This document shows, piece by piece, positions 53,022-61,368 of a stretch of 64,000 nucleotides of DNA. Source of the DNA: Candidatus Eiseniibacteriota bacterium (lineage in GTDB: Bacteria; Eisenbacteria; RBG-16-71-46; SZUA-252); assembly GCA_963703225.1 (NCBI GenBank), contig OY969801.1:2048001-2112000 (forward strand), given 5' to 3'. The notes under the pieces are model-generated. The model was not told the origin of the DNA, made no database searches, and worked only from the letters and a program-made list of their open reading frames with translations. A program made the translations under genes and the position numbers. Every line of letters begins with the position of its first letter. Position 1 is the stretch's first letter.

Positions 53022-54439
53022 GCGGCATGGCCCCCGGGGGTGTCGATCCGATACTCCTTCAGCTTGGTGCGGAGCGTCTGGCGGGAGATCCCCAGCGCCT
53101 CGGCCGCGCGCGTCTTGTTGCCGCCCGCCTTCGAGAGGGCCATTTCGATCGCGATCCGCTCGGCCTGCGCGAGGGTGGTGACGCCCCCTTCGGCGTGCAG
53201 ACGGGTTTCCAGAACCCGTGGCCCCGATCCGCCTGTGCTCACGATCTCGACGGGGAGATGCTCGGGGAGGATCCATTCCTCGCTCTCGAGGAGGATCGAG
53301 CGCTCCAGGACGTTTCGGAGCTCGCGGACGTTGCCGGGCCACCGGTAGGCGAGAAGCAGCTGGAGGGCCTCGTCGTTCGGCCCTTTCACGGACCGCCCGA
53401 ACTCGCTGTTCCAGTGATCGACGAAATGGTCGATCAGGGGCGGGATGTCCTCGGGGCGCTCCCGCAGTGGCGGAATGACCAGGCGGATCCCATCGAGGCG
53501 GAAGAAGAGATCCTCGCGGAAGCGCTCCTGATCCACCATCGCCTTCAGATCTCGGTTGGTCGCGGCCACGATGCGCGTGTCGACGTGGATGTCGGCGAGC
53601 CCGCCGACCCGGCGGAACCGCTTCATCTCGAGCGCGCGGAGAAGCTTGGCCTGGAGATTGGGGTGCATGTCCCCGATCTCGTCCAGGAAGAGTGTTCCCC
53701 CGTTGGCCAGCTCCATCAGCCCCTTCTTGGGACGCTTGGCGTCGGTGAAGGCGCCTTGCGCGTGGCCAAAGAGCTCGCTCTCCAGGAGATTCTCCTGGAA
53801 CGTGCTGCAATTCACGTCGACGAACGGACCGTCCCGCCAGGCGCTCTGCTCGTGGATCTCCCTCGCGAGGAGCTCCTTCCCCACGCCGGTCTCTCCCTGA
53901 AGCATGACGGTCGATTTTCCGGCCTGGGCGATCCGCCGAATCATCTCGATGATCTTGATCATCTTGGAGCTGCCGCCGACGATCAGCATCGAGCCCGCGC
54001 GCCGGCGATCCACCTCGCGCAGCCGCGACACCTCCTCCGCGAGGCGGGTCTGGGAAAGCGCGTTCTGGATGATCAGCTTCATGTGGTCGAGCTCGAACGG
54101 CTTGGCCACGTATTCGTAGCAGCCCGCCTTGGCGGCCTCGACCGCCTGCTCGAACTTGCCGAACGCGGTCATGATGACCACCTGCATGTCCCGCCTCTTG
54201 GCCCGGATATCTCGGAGGAGATCGATCCCGTTTCGGTCGGGGAGTTTCTGGTCGAGCAGGACGAGCTGGAATTCGTCGCGCTCCAACTTGTCGAGCGCCT
54301 CCGCTCCGTCGGCCGCCGTCTCCACGCGGTAGCCCTCTTCCGAGAGACCCTCTTTGAGGGTAAAGCGCAGCGTCCGCTCGTCGTCCACCACGAGAATCGC
54401 GAACGTCTGCCTATCGAGGGTTGTTGCGTCTGTCTCCAT
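53018..54439 (-). CDS. Sigma54-dependent response regulator (NtrC/AtoC family)
   Basis: REC domain (VVDD, LLDQKLP, AKPF); GETGVGKE; ESELFGH..GAFTDA; LFLDEIG; WPGNVREL; Fis-type HTH. Confidence 0.95.
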   Translation of the reverse strand: METDATTLDRQTFAILVVDDERTLRFTLKEGLSEEGYRVETAADGAEALDKLERDEFQLVLLDQKLPDRNGIDLLRDIRAKRRDMQVVIMTAFGKFEQAVEAAKAGCYEYVAKPFELDHMKLIIQNALSQTRLAEEVSRLREVDRRRAGSMLIVGGSSKMIKIIEMIRRIAQAGKSTVMLQGETGVGKELLAREIHEQSAWRDGPFVDVNCSTFQENLLESELFGHAQGAFTDAKRPKKGLMELANGGTLFLDEIGDMHPNLQAKLLRALEMKRFRRVGGLADIHVDTRIVAATNRDLKAMVDQERFREDLFFRLDGIRLVIPPLRERPEDIPPLIDHFVDHWNSEFGRSVKGPNDEALQLLLAYRWPGNVRELRNVLERSILLESEEWILPEHLPVEIVSTGGSGPRVLETRLHAEGGVTTLAQAERIAIEMALSKAGGNKTRAAEALGISRQTLRTKLKEYRIDTPGGHAA

Positions 54440-55610
54440 GTCGTTTCTCCACGGGTAGGTCGATCGTCACGGTCGTCCCCTGTCCCACGACGCTTTCGAT
54501 CGAGATGGTGCCGCCGTGCTCGCGCACGATGCTCTGGCAGATGCTGAGGCCAAGGCCGGTGCCCTGGGTTCGCGTCGTGAAGAACGGATCGAAGACGCGC
54601 GCCAGGACAGCGGCCGGAATCCCAGGACCGTTGTCGCGGATTCGCACTTCCACCACGTCCAAGAGCGGCGCCTGGCGCCGCGGAAGTAGGCGGTCGGTCG
54701 CTCGACGTCCCAAGCCTCCCCGCTCGGCGGCGCGCTTCCGCGCCGGGGAAACCAGGATGGCGATCTCGCCCCCCTGCGTGAGCGCCTGGAGCGCATTCAT
54801 GAGGACGTTGAGCAGGACTTGAAGAATCTGGTCGTGGTCGATGAACAGGTCGGGGACCGAATCGGCCCGTTCCACCTTCAGCAGCACGTTCTGCCGTACG
54901 GCCAGCTCGTGGATCAGCGTGAGAGCCTTCTCCAGAGCCGGAAGGATCGAGTGGCGGGAGAGCCGAGGGGTGGTGGGCCTCGCGAATTGGAGGAGACTGT
55001 CCACGATGCGATCGAGGCGCGACACCTCTTCCAGAATGAGGTCGGCGAACTGGCCCCGCGGGTCCCCGCTCTCGATTCGCCTCTTCAAGATTTGCGCCGA
55101 GGTGCCGATTCCGGCGAGCGGATTCCGGATTTCGTGCGCCACGCCCGCGGCGAGCTCCCCGAGCGAGGCCAGGCGATCCCGCCGGCGCCATTGCTCCTCC
55201 CGGGCCTTCTGGTCTTTCAAGTCCTGGAAGATCGCCACGGTTCCGATCAGGGTACCGTCTCGTCCCTCGAGCGGAAGCAGTCGCAGGCCGACCGGCACCA
55301 CGTCCCCCGCGCGCGTCACGACCTCCACCTCGCGCGCCTCTTCGGGGACGGCGCACGCCCCGGGCTGGACGTGGCCTTCGCCCCGAGGGGCCCGGAAGAC
55401 CCGCGCGGCCGCCTCGCCTTCCACCTCGCTGGTCTCGTACCCGATCAGCTTTGCCGCGGCCGGATTCATGGAAAGGACTCGTCCCTCCCGGTCGACGGCG
55501 ATGACCCCGATGGGGGCGTGTCTGAGAAAGCTTAGGGCCGCGTCGAGGGAGCGAGCGCTGGGTTCCGCGGGAGGCGAAGCGGCTAGGGGGGATTCGGGGC
55601 GCGCTCTCAC
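54411..55610 (-). CDS. Cytoplasmic PAS-domain sensor histidine kinase
   Basis: PAS domain, AHEIRNPL, QVLLNVLMNA, DNGPGI, FDPFFTT, GTGLGL; no TM segment. Confidence 0.94.
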   Translation of the reverse strand: MRARPESPLAASPPAEPSARSLDAALSFLRHAPIGVIAVDREGRVLSMNPAAAKLIGYETSEVEGEAAARVFRAPRGEGHVQPGACAVPEEAREVEVVTRAGDVVPVGLRLLPLEGRDGTLIGTVAIFQDLKDQKAREEQWRRRDRLASLGELAAGVAHEIRNPLAGIGTSAQILKRRIESGDPRGQFADLILEEVSRLDRIVDSLLQFARPTTPRLSRHSILPALEKALTLIHELAVRQNVLLKVERADSVPDLFIDHDQILQVLLNVLMNALQALTQGGEIAILVSPARKRAAERGGLGRRATDRLLPRRQAPLLDVVEVRIRDNGPGIPAAVLARVFDPFFTTRTQGTGLGLSICQSIVREHGGTISIESVVGQGTTVTIDLPVEKRHGDRRNNPR

Positions 55611-55969
55611 GCGCGGCCCCGGCGCACTGACTTCTTGTCGGCTTCCAAGCCGACGCTCGGGATCATCCCTGTGCCCGTACCCACCCCTTTCTGGCGACCG
55701 GAAGTGGTCACATCTTTACCAGTGGGCGAGTCGGAGGGTCAAGCGGATTCGGCGAGAAACGTCCTCTACCAGCGCGGGGAGCGGCGGCTCTTTGCGGTTC
55801 TTGTGGCTACTTCTGACCGTTTTTACGAACGCGGCGAAGGATCAGGGCCGCGAGCATCCGGCGAACGTCGACCCGATCGTAGAATCGCTCCCCGATGCGG
55901 CGCCGGGCCCTCACGATCCTTGGCTCGTGGGTCGTACCGCCGGATTCGGCGACGACCCCCGTCGACGGC

Positions 55970-56305
55970 TTAGTTGAGGCTGGAGGCACGGCTGCGATCC
56001 CTCCTTAGCGTCGCCATCGCTTCGACCCAGCTTTCCTTCAGGTCCAGAAGCGACTCGAACGCGCCTTCAAAATCGCCCCTCTCGAGATCCCAGAGACAGG
56101 CGTCAAAGTGCGCCAGGACTCGGCCACCCGCATCCTTGCCCTTGGGGTCGAGGCGGCCCATCAGATCGAGCACGGCCTGCTCGGTGACCGTACGATTCTC
56201 CTCGCGGCACCCGCGAAGCGCGCAGTCAAAGAGCGCCAAGACTTCCTCGCCTCGCTCGAGCCACTGGTCGAGATCGCCCGACTCCCCTCCGTGGGGCTGG
56301 TTCAC
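55970..56305 (-). CDS. Small helical protein, FliS-like
   Basis: VLALFDCAL.GC...VLDLMGRLD...LAHFDACL...LLDLKESW resembles the FliS pattern (LxxLYD...L...LD...L..LY.Y...L.EL.EAW); GGAGGG RBS; follows csrA. Confidence 0.55.
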   Translation of the reverse strand: MNQPHGGESGDLDQWLERGEEVLALFDCALRGCREENRTVTEQAVLDLMGRLDPKGKDAGGRVLAHFDACLWDLERGDFEGAFESLLDLKESWVEAMATLRRDRSRASSLN

Positions 56306-56339
56306 GCGCCGTTTCCCTCCCTGGTTGACGACGCACGCT

Positions 56340-56612
56340 TCAAGGCTTCTTCTCCTCGGCGGGCCCCGGGGGGACCGGAGGTGTCGTGCCGCCGTTGCCG
56401 GCCCCGGGGGCGCCTCCGCCCGATTCCTGCATCAGCTGCGCTCGGCGGTTCTCCTGCTGGATCCGCTCGTAGATCTCCTCGCGATGGACCTTGACGCTCG
56501 GAGGAGCGTCAATGCCGAGCTTTACGTGGTTCCCCTTGACCTCGACGATCGTAATTTTCACGTCGTCTCCAATCCGAATGTTCTCTCCAAGCTTGCGTGT
56601 CAGGAGGAGCAT
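56340..56612 (-). CDS. csrA: Carbon storage regulator CsrA (long-C-terminus type)
   Basis: [53 protein letters not shown]. Confidence 0.96.
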   Translation of the reverse strand: MLLLTRKLGENIRIGDDVKITIVEVKGNHVKLGIDAPPSVKVHREEIYERIQQENRRAQLMQESGGGAPGAGNGGTTPPVPPGPAEEKKP

Positions 56613-56715
56613 CGTGCCCTCGTTCTTCCCAGCTTCCTGCCGGGGCGGTATGGAGCCGAGGACGGAGGCCCGCCGATGGAAGCGGCGCTCGGCCGCCCCG
56701 TCCCATCCGGCTCCA

Positions 56716-56742
56716 AGATCGGCAGGAGCGCGTTTCATCTGA
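56716..56742 (-). promoter_or_regulatory. Putative sigma28 (FliA-type) promoter upstream of csrA
   Basis: TCAG-N15-GCCGATCT against the consensus TAAA-N15-GCCGATAA. Confidence 0.5.
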
Positions 56743-56862
56743 ACCGGGAACGGCGCGAAAGAGGGTATCGAGGGAATTGATTTCGCCCGGGGGTCGGATC
56801 GAGCCACTGTGTTAGATGGCTCCGCCCTTGAGGTTGGTCGTGCGGCTTGATAGACTTTCTAT

Positions 56863-57852
56863 GTGATGCGGCGCGACGGAGCGCAGTGGGCTTGGAAACC
56901 GGTCCCCCCGCGAGTCGCGCTCGGCGTGCTCGGGGTGCTTGCCGCCGTCTGCCTATCGGCGTGCGACTCGAGTCCCACCGAGCCCCCGCCCGTGGCCAAC
57001 ACCGTCGATTGGATCCGCATCACAAATCCCGCCACCATCATCGAACCCGATCACCCGAATTGGCTGGCCGATTCCATCACGTTCGACTACGTGGACGGGA
57101 CCGGATACAACCATATCGGCACCATCAGCGACGACGGCAGCGGTGCGGTCCTTTACCCCGACGTCGTTCCGTACCGGGACTTCGGTCCCGTCTGGGTGAA
57201 GGATGGCCTCATCATCTATGCCTCGGACAAGGCTGGGCCTCCGCCCGAGAGCTACGATCTCTGGTACCGGGATGTGCCCGCCGGGACGACGCGGCGGTTG
57301 ACCTCCTTCCTCGAGCACGAATGGGACCCCGCTCCGAGGCCGGGGCTTCCATCGCTCGTCTACACGCAAGGCGACGATATGCTGCGGGGTCGGATCACGC
57401 TGATCCCCGATACGTCGGCGGCCACGCTGACGCGCGTCTACCTGACGGCGAGCTCGCTGGCCGCGGGCGAGCCGGGATGGGACAGCGCGGGCAACCGGCT
57501 CTGCATCTCGGTCGAGGACCCGGACGGCACGCGGCACATTTGGGTCATCGAGCTCTCCGGCAGCACCGTCATCTCCTCGACCCGTATCACGACCGGCCCG
57601 TTCCACGACAGGCATCCTCGCTTCAGCCCCGATGGCACCAAGATCCTCTTCGTGTCGGATCGGACCGGAAGGTCCGGCGTGTGGTGGGTGAGCCCGGCGG
57701 GAGATGCGAACGGGCTGGAAGTGATCTCATTCGAAGATCCGGGCGCGGAGATCCGCTCTCCATCCTGGTCTCCCGATGGAAAGCGAATCGTGCTCTCCTC
57801 GGACGGGCGCGGCGGCCGCGCGCTCTGGATCTTGTCGGACCTCGGTTTCTAG
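56863..57852 (+). CDS. TolB-like beta-propeller lipoprotein (PD40 repeats)
   Basis: Lipobox LSAC; PRFSPDG..ILFVSDR and PSWSPDG..IVLSSD repeats. Confidence 0.82.
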   Translation: MMRRDGAQWAWKPVPPRVALGVLGVLAAVCLSACDSSPTEPPPVANTVDWIRITNPATIIEPDHPNWLADSITFDYVDGTGYNHIGTISDDGSGAVLYPDVVPYRDFGPVWVKDGLIIYASDKAGPPPESYDLWYRDVPAGTTRRLTSFLEHEWDPAPRPGLPSLVYTQGDDMLRGRITLIPDTSAATLTRVYLTASSLAAGEPGWDSAGNRLCISVEDPDGTRHIWVIELSGSTVISSTRITTGPFHDRHPRFSPDGTKILFVSDRTGRSGVWWVSPAGDANGLEVISFEDPGAEIRSPSWSPDGKRIVLSSDGRGGRALWILSDLGF

Positions 57853-58670
57853 CGGCGCGGGCCCGCCGGCGCTAGGTCGGGGAGCTTGGCGCGCAGGTCA
57901 CGGATCAAGGCGCGCGCGCCGGCCTCGCGCGATCCGGCGTCGGGAGACCGAAAGATCGCTTCGAGCAGCGCGCTTCCCACGATGATCCCCTCGGCCAAGC
58001 CCCGGAACGGCGCCAAATCGCTATCTCCTCGCATCCCGAATCCGAGGCAGCGAGGGAGCTCCGAGTGGGCCCGGCAGAGGCGCAGCAGCTCGGCGATCTT
58101 TGGATCCGCGCCTCCCTGGCCGGTGACGCCGAGGCGGGCCACGACGTATAGAAACCCGCGGGCCTGGGCCGCGATCCCTGGAATTCGGTCCGGGCGGGTT
58201 GTGGGCGCCACCATGGCGATGGTGTCGAGGCCGGCGCCGTGAAGCATCTGCCAGAGGGCCGGCTCCTCTTCCGGCGGGAGGTCTACCAGAATCACGCCGT
58301 CGATCCCGGCCCGGGCGGCCTCCTCGGCAAATCGCGCCGCGCCGAATCGCACGATCGGGTTTAGATAGGTCATCAGCACGATCGGCGTTTCGTGCCGGGC
58401 GTGAACCCGGCTGGCCTGCTCGAGCACGTGCGCGAGCGTGGTCCCCGCGAGGAGGGAGAGCGCGGTCGCGCGCTGAATGATCGGCCCGTCGGCCAACGGA
58501 TCGCTGAAGGGAACGCCCAGCTCCAGGACGTCGATCCCCTCGTCGCAGAGGGCCAGGGCGAGGCGATCGGACTCCTGGCGGTCGGGGAATCCGGACGTGA
58601 GGAACGGGATCAACGCGCCACGCCCCCCGATTCGTGCCGCTTCGAGCGCGCGGCCGATTCGGCCCGCCAT
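57849..58670 (-). CDS. trpA: Tryptophan synthase alpha chain
   Basis: LELGVPFSDPLADGPIIQ, LMTYLNP, DLPPEE, APTT, LGVTG, IVGSAL. Confidence 0.93.
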   Translation of the reverse strand: MAGRIGRALEAARIGGRGALIPFLTSGFPDRQESDRLALALCDEGIDVLELGVPFSDPLADGPIIQRATALSLLAGTTLAHVLEQASRVHARHETPIVLMTYLNPIVRFGAARFAEEAARAGIDGVILVDLPPEEEPALWQMLHGAGLDTIAMVAPTTRPDRIPGIAAQARGFLYVVARLGVTGQGGADPKIAELLRLCRAHSELPRCLGFGMRGDSDLAPFRGLAEGIIVGSALLEAIFRSPDAGSREAGARALIRDLRAKLPDLAPAGPRR

Positions 58671-58672
58671 GA

Positions 58673-59698
58673 TCAGCCGTTCAGGGCCGCGGCCCGGCGG
58701 TAGGCCTCGCGGGCGCGGAGAGGAAGCTCCTTCTTGTCGTAGGCGACGCCCAGGAGCCTGTGGATGCGGGCGTCGTCGGGCTTGAGGCGCGCCGCGCTCT
58801 CGAGGGCGAGGATCGCTTGATCGGCGGCGTCCTGATTGTTGTAAGCCACCGCGAGATGGTAGTAGAGGCGGGCATCGTCCGGCTTCAGCTCGATCGCTTG
58901 CTTCAGCTCGCCCACGGCCCGGGTGTAGTTCCCAACCCGGAGGTGGAGCAGCGAAAGCGCGTAGAGGCTCTCCACGTTCCCGGGATCGAGGCGGACCGCT
59001 TCGAGGAGCAACGATTCCGCCTCCTCGATGTCGTCCTCGGCGAGGAGCGCCCACCCCAGGTTGAAGTGCGCCTCCGAGCTTTCCGGGCTCAGCGCCGCGG
59101 CGCGGCGGAATTCCTCCACCGCCTCGGCGCGCATGCCAGACTCGGCGTAGAGGACGCCGAGATTGGCGTGCGCCTCCGCGCACGAAGCATCGAGCTCGAC
59201 GGCCCGCCTCAGGGCCGCGAGGGCGGCTTCCCGCTCCCCCAGGTCAGCCCGGGCCAGCCCGAGGTTCACCCACCCGCGGACATGGGAGGGATCGAGCCGG
59301 ACGACCTCTTCATAGGAGGCCCGCGCCTTCGGGCCAAGCCCCTGGCGCGCCCAATGGAGTCCCTGCCGGTACCAGGCGTCGATGGCCCGGGGACTCAGCT
59401 CCAATGCTTGACGAAAGTAGAGATCGGCCTCCTCGAACACGCCGGTCCGTGACAGGAGGTCGCCCAAGAGCGAGAGCATATCCACGGAGCGCGGGTGCGC
59501 CAGGATTCCCTTTCTCAGGGTCTCGATGGCCAGCTCGCGCCGCGACTCCCGCGCGAAGGATCGCGCCGCTTCCAGCGTGCTCTCGGCGTCCGTTCCCTCG
59601 CTCGCGAGGGCCCCGGGATGGGCCGCCACGCCCGCGCGCGTCGAATCGACGCCGGAACGAGTGCCTTCGGGAATCTGCATGCGTATCACTCGATCCAC
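58673..59698 (-). CDS. Cytoplasmic tetratricopeptide repeat protein (about 8-9 TPRs)
   Basis: Regular 34-aa repeats (AHANLGVLY, AHFNLGWAL, YYHLAVAY); no signal peptide. Confidence 0.88.
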   Translation of the reverse strand: MDRVIRMQIPEGTRSGVDSTRAGVAAHPGALASEGTDAESTLEAARSFARESRRELAIETLRKGILAHPRSVDMLSLLGDLLSRTGVFEEADLYFRQALELSPRAIDAWYRQGLHWARQGLGPKARASYEEVVRLDPSHVRGWVNLGLARADLGEREAALAALRRAVELDASCAEAHANLGVLYAESGMRAEAVEEFRRAAALSPESSEAHFNLGWALLAEDDIEEAESLLLEAVRLDPGNVESLYALSLLHLRVGNYTRAVGELKQAIELKPDDARLYYHLAVAYNNQDAADQAILALESAARLKPDDARIHRLLGVAYDKKELPLRAREAYRRAAALNG

Positions 59699-59704
59699 GC
59701 GCGG

Positions 59705-59734
59705 AGCCTAGGAAGCGGCTTCCGGCGGTGTCAA
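59705..59734 (-). promoter_or_regulatory. Putative sigma70 promoter of TPR-trpA
   Basis: TTGACA-N18-TAGGCT ending 6 nt before the GTG at 59698, so possibly a leaderless mRNA. Confidence 0.55.
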
Positions 59735-59766
59735 CAGAAAAGGCCCGATTGGATCGGGCCCTTTGT
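59734..59766. terminator. Intrinsic terminator downstream of mglA, possibly bidirectional
   Basis: GGCCCGAT-TGG-ATCGGGCC stem; TTTTCTGTT follows on the minus strand and CTTTGT on the plus strand. Confidence 0.75.
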
Positions 59767-59809
59767 CGATTTTGAGTTGTCTTGGTCCAACGAAACGTCG
59801 GAGCGAGCG

Positions 59810-61105
59810 CTAGTCGGGGATGACCTCCAGATCGCGCATCATCGAGCCACCGCGAACCGGCTGCTTCCCCTTCTTGGCGGACGGGGTGCCCTGCTCCACC
59901 TCGATACGGACCTCGAAAACCACCTTGAGGCGTCCCGAGGGCGGCAGCGATCCCAGCTCGATCGGTATCGTGATCTGACGCGTGTCCGCGGACGGGGACC
60001 GCACCTCGACCCCCGAGCGTCCGCTGTAGGTCGACTCGCGCTCGATCTCGTCCGCGCCGAAGACAGGCTCCGGTCCCGAATCGTGTGAGATCTGGGGCTC
60101 GGGCTGACGGACGATCTGGGGCTCGGGCTGGCGGACGATTTGAGGCTCGGGCTGGCGGACGATTTGCGGCTCCCGGTGGGCGCGTGCCGCGGGCCTCTGC
60201 TCGGGCTCGTGGATCGGCACGAGATCCTCGCTCGTGAGCACCGCGTCGTCCGGCTGCATGCTGGGCGGCGGCGTGAAGGGTCCTGCCGGCTCGTCCAGAA
60301 GAGCCTCGTTCGAGAGCATCGGCGTCTCTTCGACAGGGGCGCGCGACGGCGTCGGCGCCTCCTGTCCCTTGCCCTTCTTGAGGAATTGCATCAGCTTGCC
60401 ACGCCCTGATGCCTGTTCCGCAGATTGGGTCGGGGCCTCCTCGACGGCCGCGGGCTTTTGCTTCGCCTCCTCGGCTTTGACCCGAGGCGACGCGGCAAGG
60501 CTTCCCCGATCGCGATCGATCACGTCCTTCGAAATCTTGGTCAGGAGGAGCTTGGATACTCCCCGCAACGTCTCGAACACGCCGATGCCGGAGGCGGCCT
60601 GCGCCTCGAACGTCGGCACGTTGTATTTGTTCAGCTCCTTGTTCATCTGGGCGATCGCGAGAGCGTTCGGAAGGTCGCGCTTGTTGAATTGGATCACCCA
60701 GGGAATCGTCTTGAGATCGAGACCGTAGGACTTGAGGTTCAATTCCAGATTACCCAGGCTCTCGCGGTTCTCCGCCATCTTCTCGGGCGCGGAGTCGGCC
60801 ACGAAGACCAGCGCGTCGACGCCCTTCAAGACCAGCTTTCGCGTCGCGTTGTAGTAGACCTGGCCGGGCACGGTGTAGAGGAGGAACCGGGTCTTCATGC
60901 CCTGCAGCTCTCCCAGGTCGAGCGGGAGCAGATCAAAGAACAGCGTCCGGTCGGTCTGGGTCTTCATGGAAACCATGCGCCCGCGGTTGGTCTCGGGGAC
61001 GCTGTCGTAGATCTTCTCGAGATTGGTTGTCTTCCCGCTCAGACCGGGGCCGTAGTAGACGATCTTCGCGTTGATCTCGCGTCCCGAATAGCTGACCACG
61101 ACCAT
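59810..61105 (-). CDS. mglA: MglA-family small GTPase with a ~230-aa C-terminal extension
   Basis: REINAKIVYYGPGLSGKTTNL, DRTLFFD, LYTVPGQVYY, KGVDALVFVADS, NKRDL, GVFETL. Confidence 0.92.
   Translation of the reverse strand: MVVVSYSGREINAKIVYYGPGLSGKTTNLEKIYDSVPETNRGRMVSMKTQTDRTLFFDLLPLDLGELQGMKTRFLLYTVPGQVYYNATRKLVLKGVDALVFVADSAPEKMAENRESLGNLELNLKSYGLDLKTIPWVIQFNKRDLPNALAIAQMNKELNKYNVPTFEAQAASGIGVFETLRGVSKLLLTKISKDVIDRDRGSLAASPRVKAEEAKQKPAAVEEAPTQSAEQASGRGKLMQFLKKGKGQEAPTPSRAPVEETPMLSNEALLDEPAGPFTPPPSMQPDDAVLTSEDLVPIHEPEQRPAARAHREPQIVRQPEPQIVRQPEPQIVRQPEPQISHDSGPEPVFGADEIERESTYSGRSGVEVRSPSADTRQITIPIELGSLPPSGRLKVVFEVRIEVEQGTPSAKKGKQPVRGGSMMRDLEVIPD
60089..60172 (-). repeat. 3.5 copies of a 24-bp coding tandem repeat (EPQIVRQP)
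   Basis: gatctggggctcgggctgacggac, gatctggggctcgggctggcggac, gatttgaggctcgggctggcggac, gatttgcggctc. Confidence 0.92.
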
Positions 61106-61195
61106 GTCGTCGCTCCTCGATGAATGTGATTTCGAAATCGAGTTTGGCGCGGAAAGCCGAGAGGGAAGGCTCTGCGCCGGCCCGGGCCGATGGTC

Positions 61196-61212
61196 TGCAC
61201 GATATGTGCCAA
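61196..61212 (-). promoter_or_regulatory. Sigma54 -24/-12 promoter upstream of mglA
   Basis: TTGGCACATATCGTGCA: GG-N10-GC spacing, about 90 nt upstream of the ATG. Confidence 0.7.
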
Positions 61213-61368
61213 TAGGCACGACCGGCCGGCCCGGGCGAGGCGAAGGTGGTGCGGCTCTAAGCTATTGCAAATGAGTCAGGTATCGAAAGGCCCCGGAACA
61301 CCTCGCGGGACCAGGGAAGCTGGGAGCGGCCAAATCTTGCGGAGTGCAAAGGGGGAAGCAGATTGCCC

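Noticed and set aside
55670..55969. Intergenic stretch as an ncRNA or small gene
   Set aside because: No convincing ORF, RNA motif or well-spaced promoter could be supported by eye.
60089..60172. Possible CRISPR array (also considered for 48408-48575)
   Set aside because: Tandem in-frame 24-bp units with no spacers and no cas genes.
58673..61105. TPR protein as a co-transcribed SgmX-like MglA effector
   Set aside because: A terminator and a separate sigma70-like promoter lie between the genes, and TPR similarity is non-specific. Adjacency alone is not enough.
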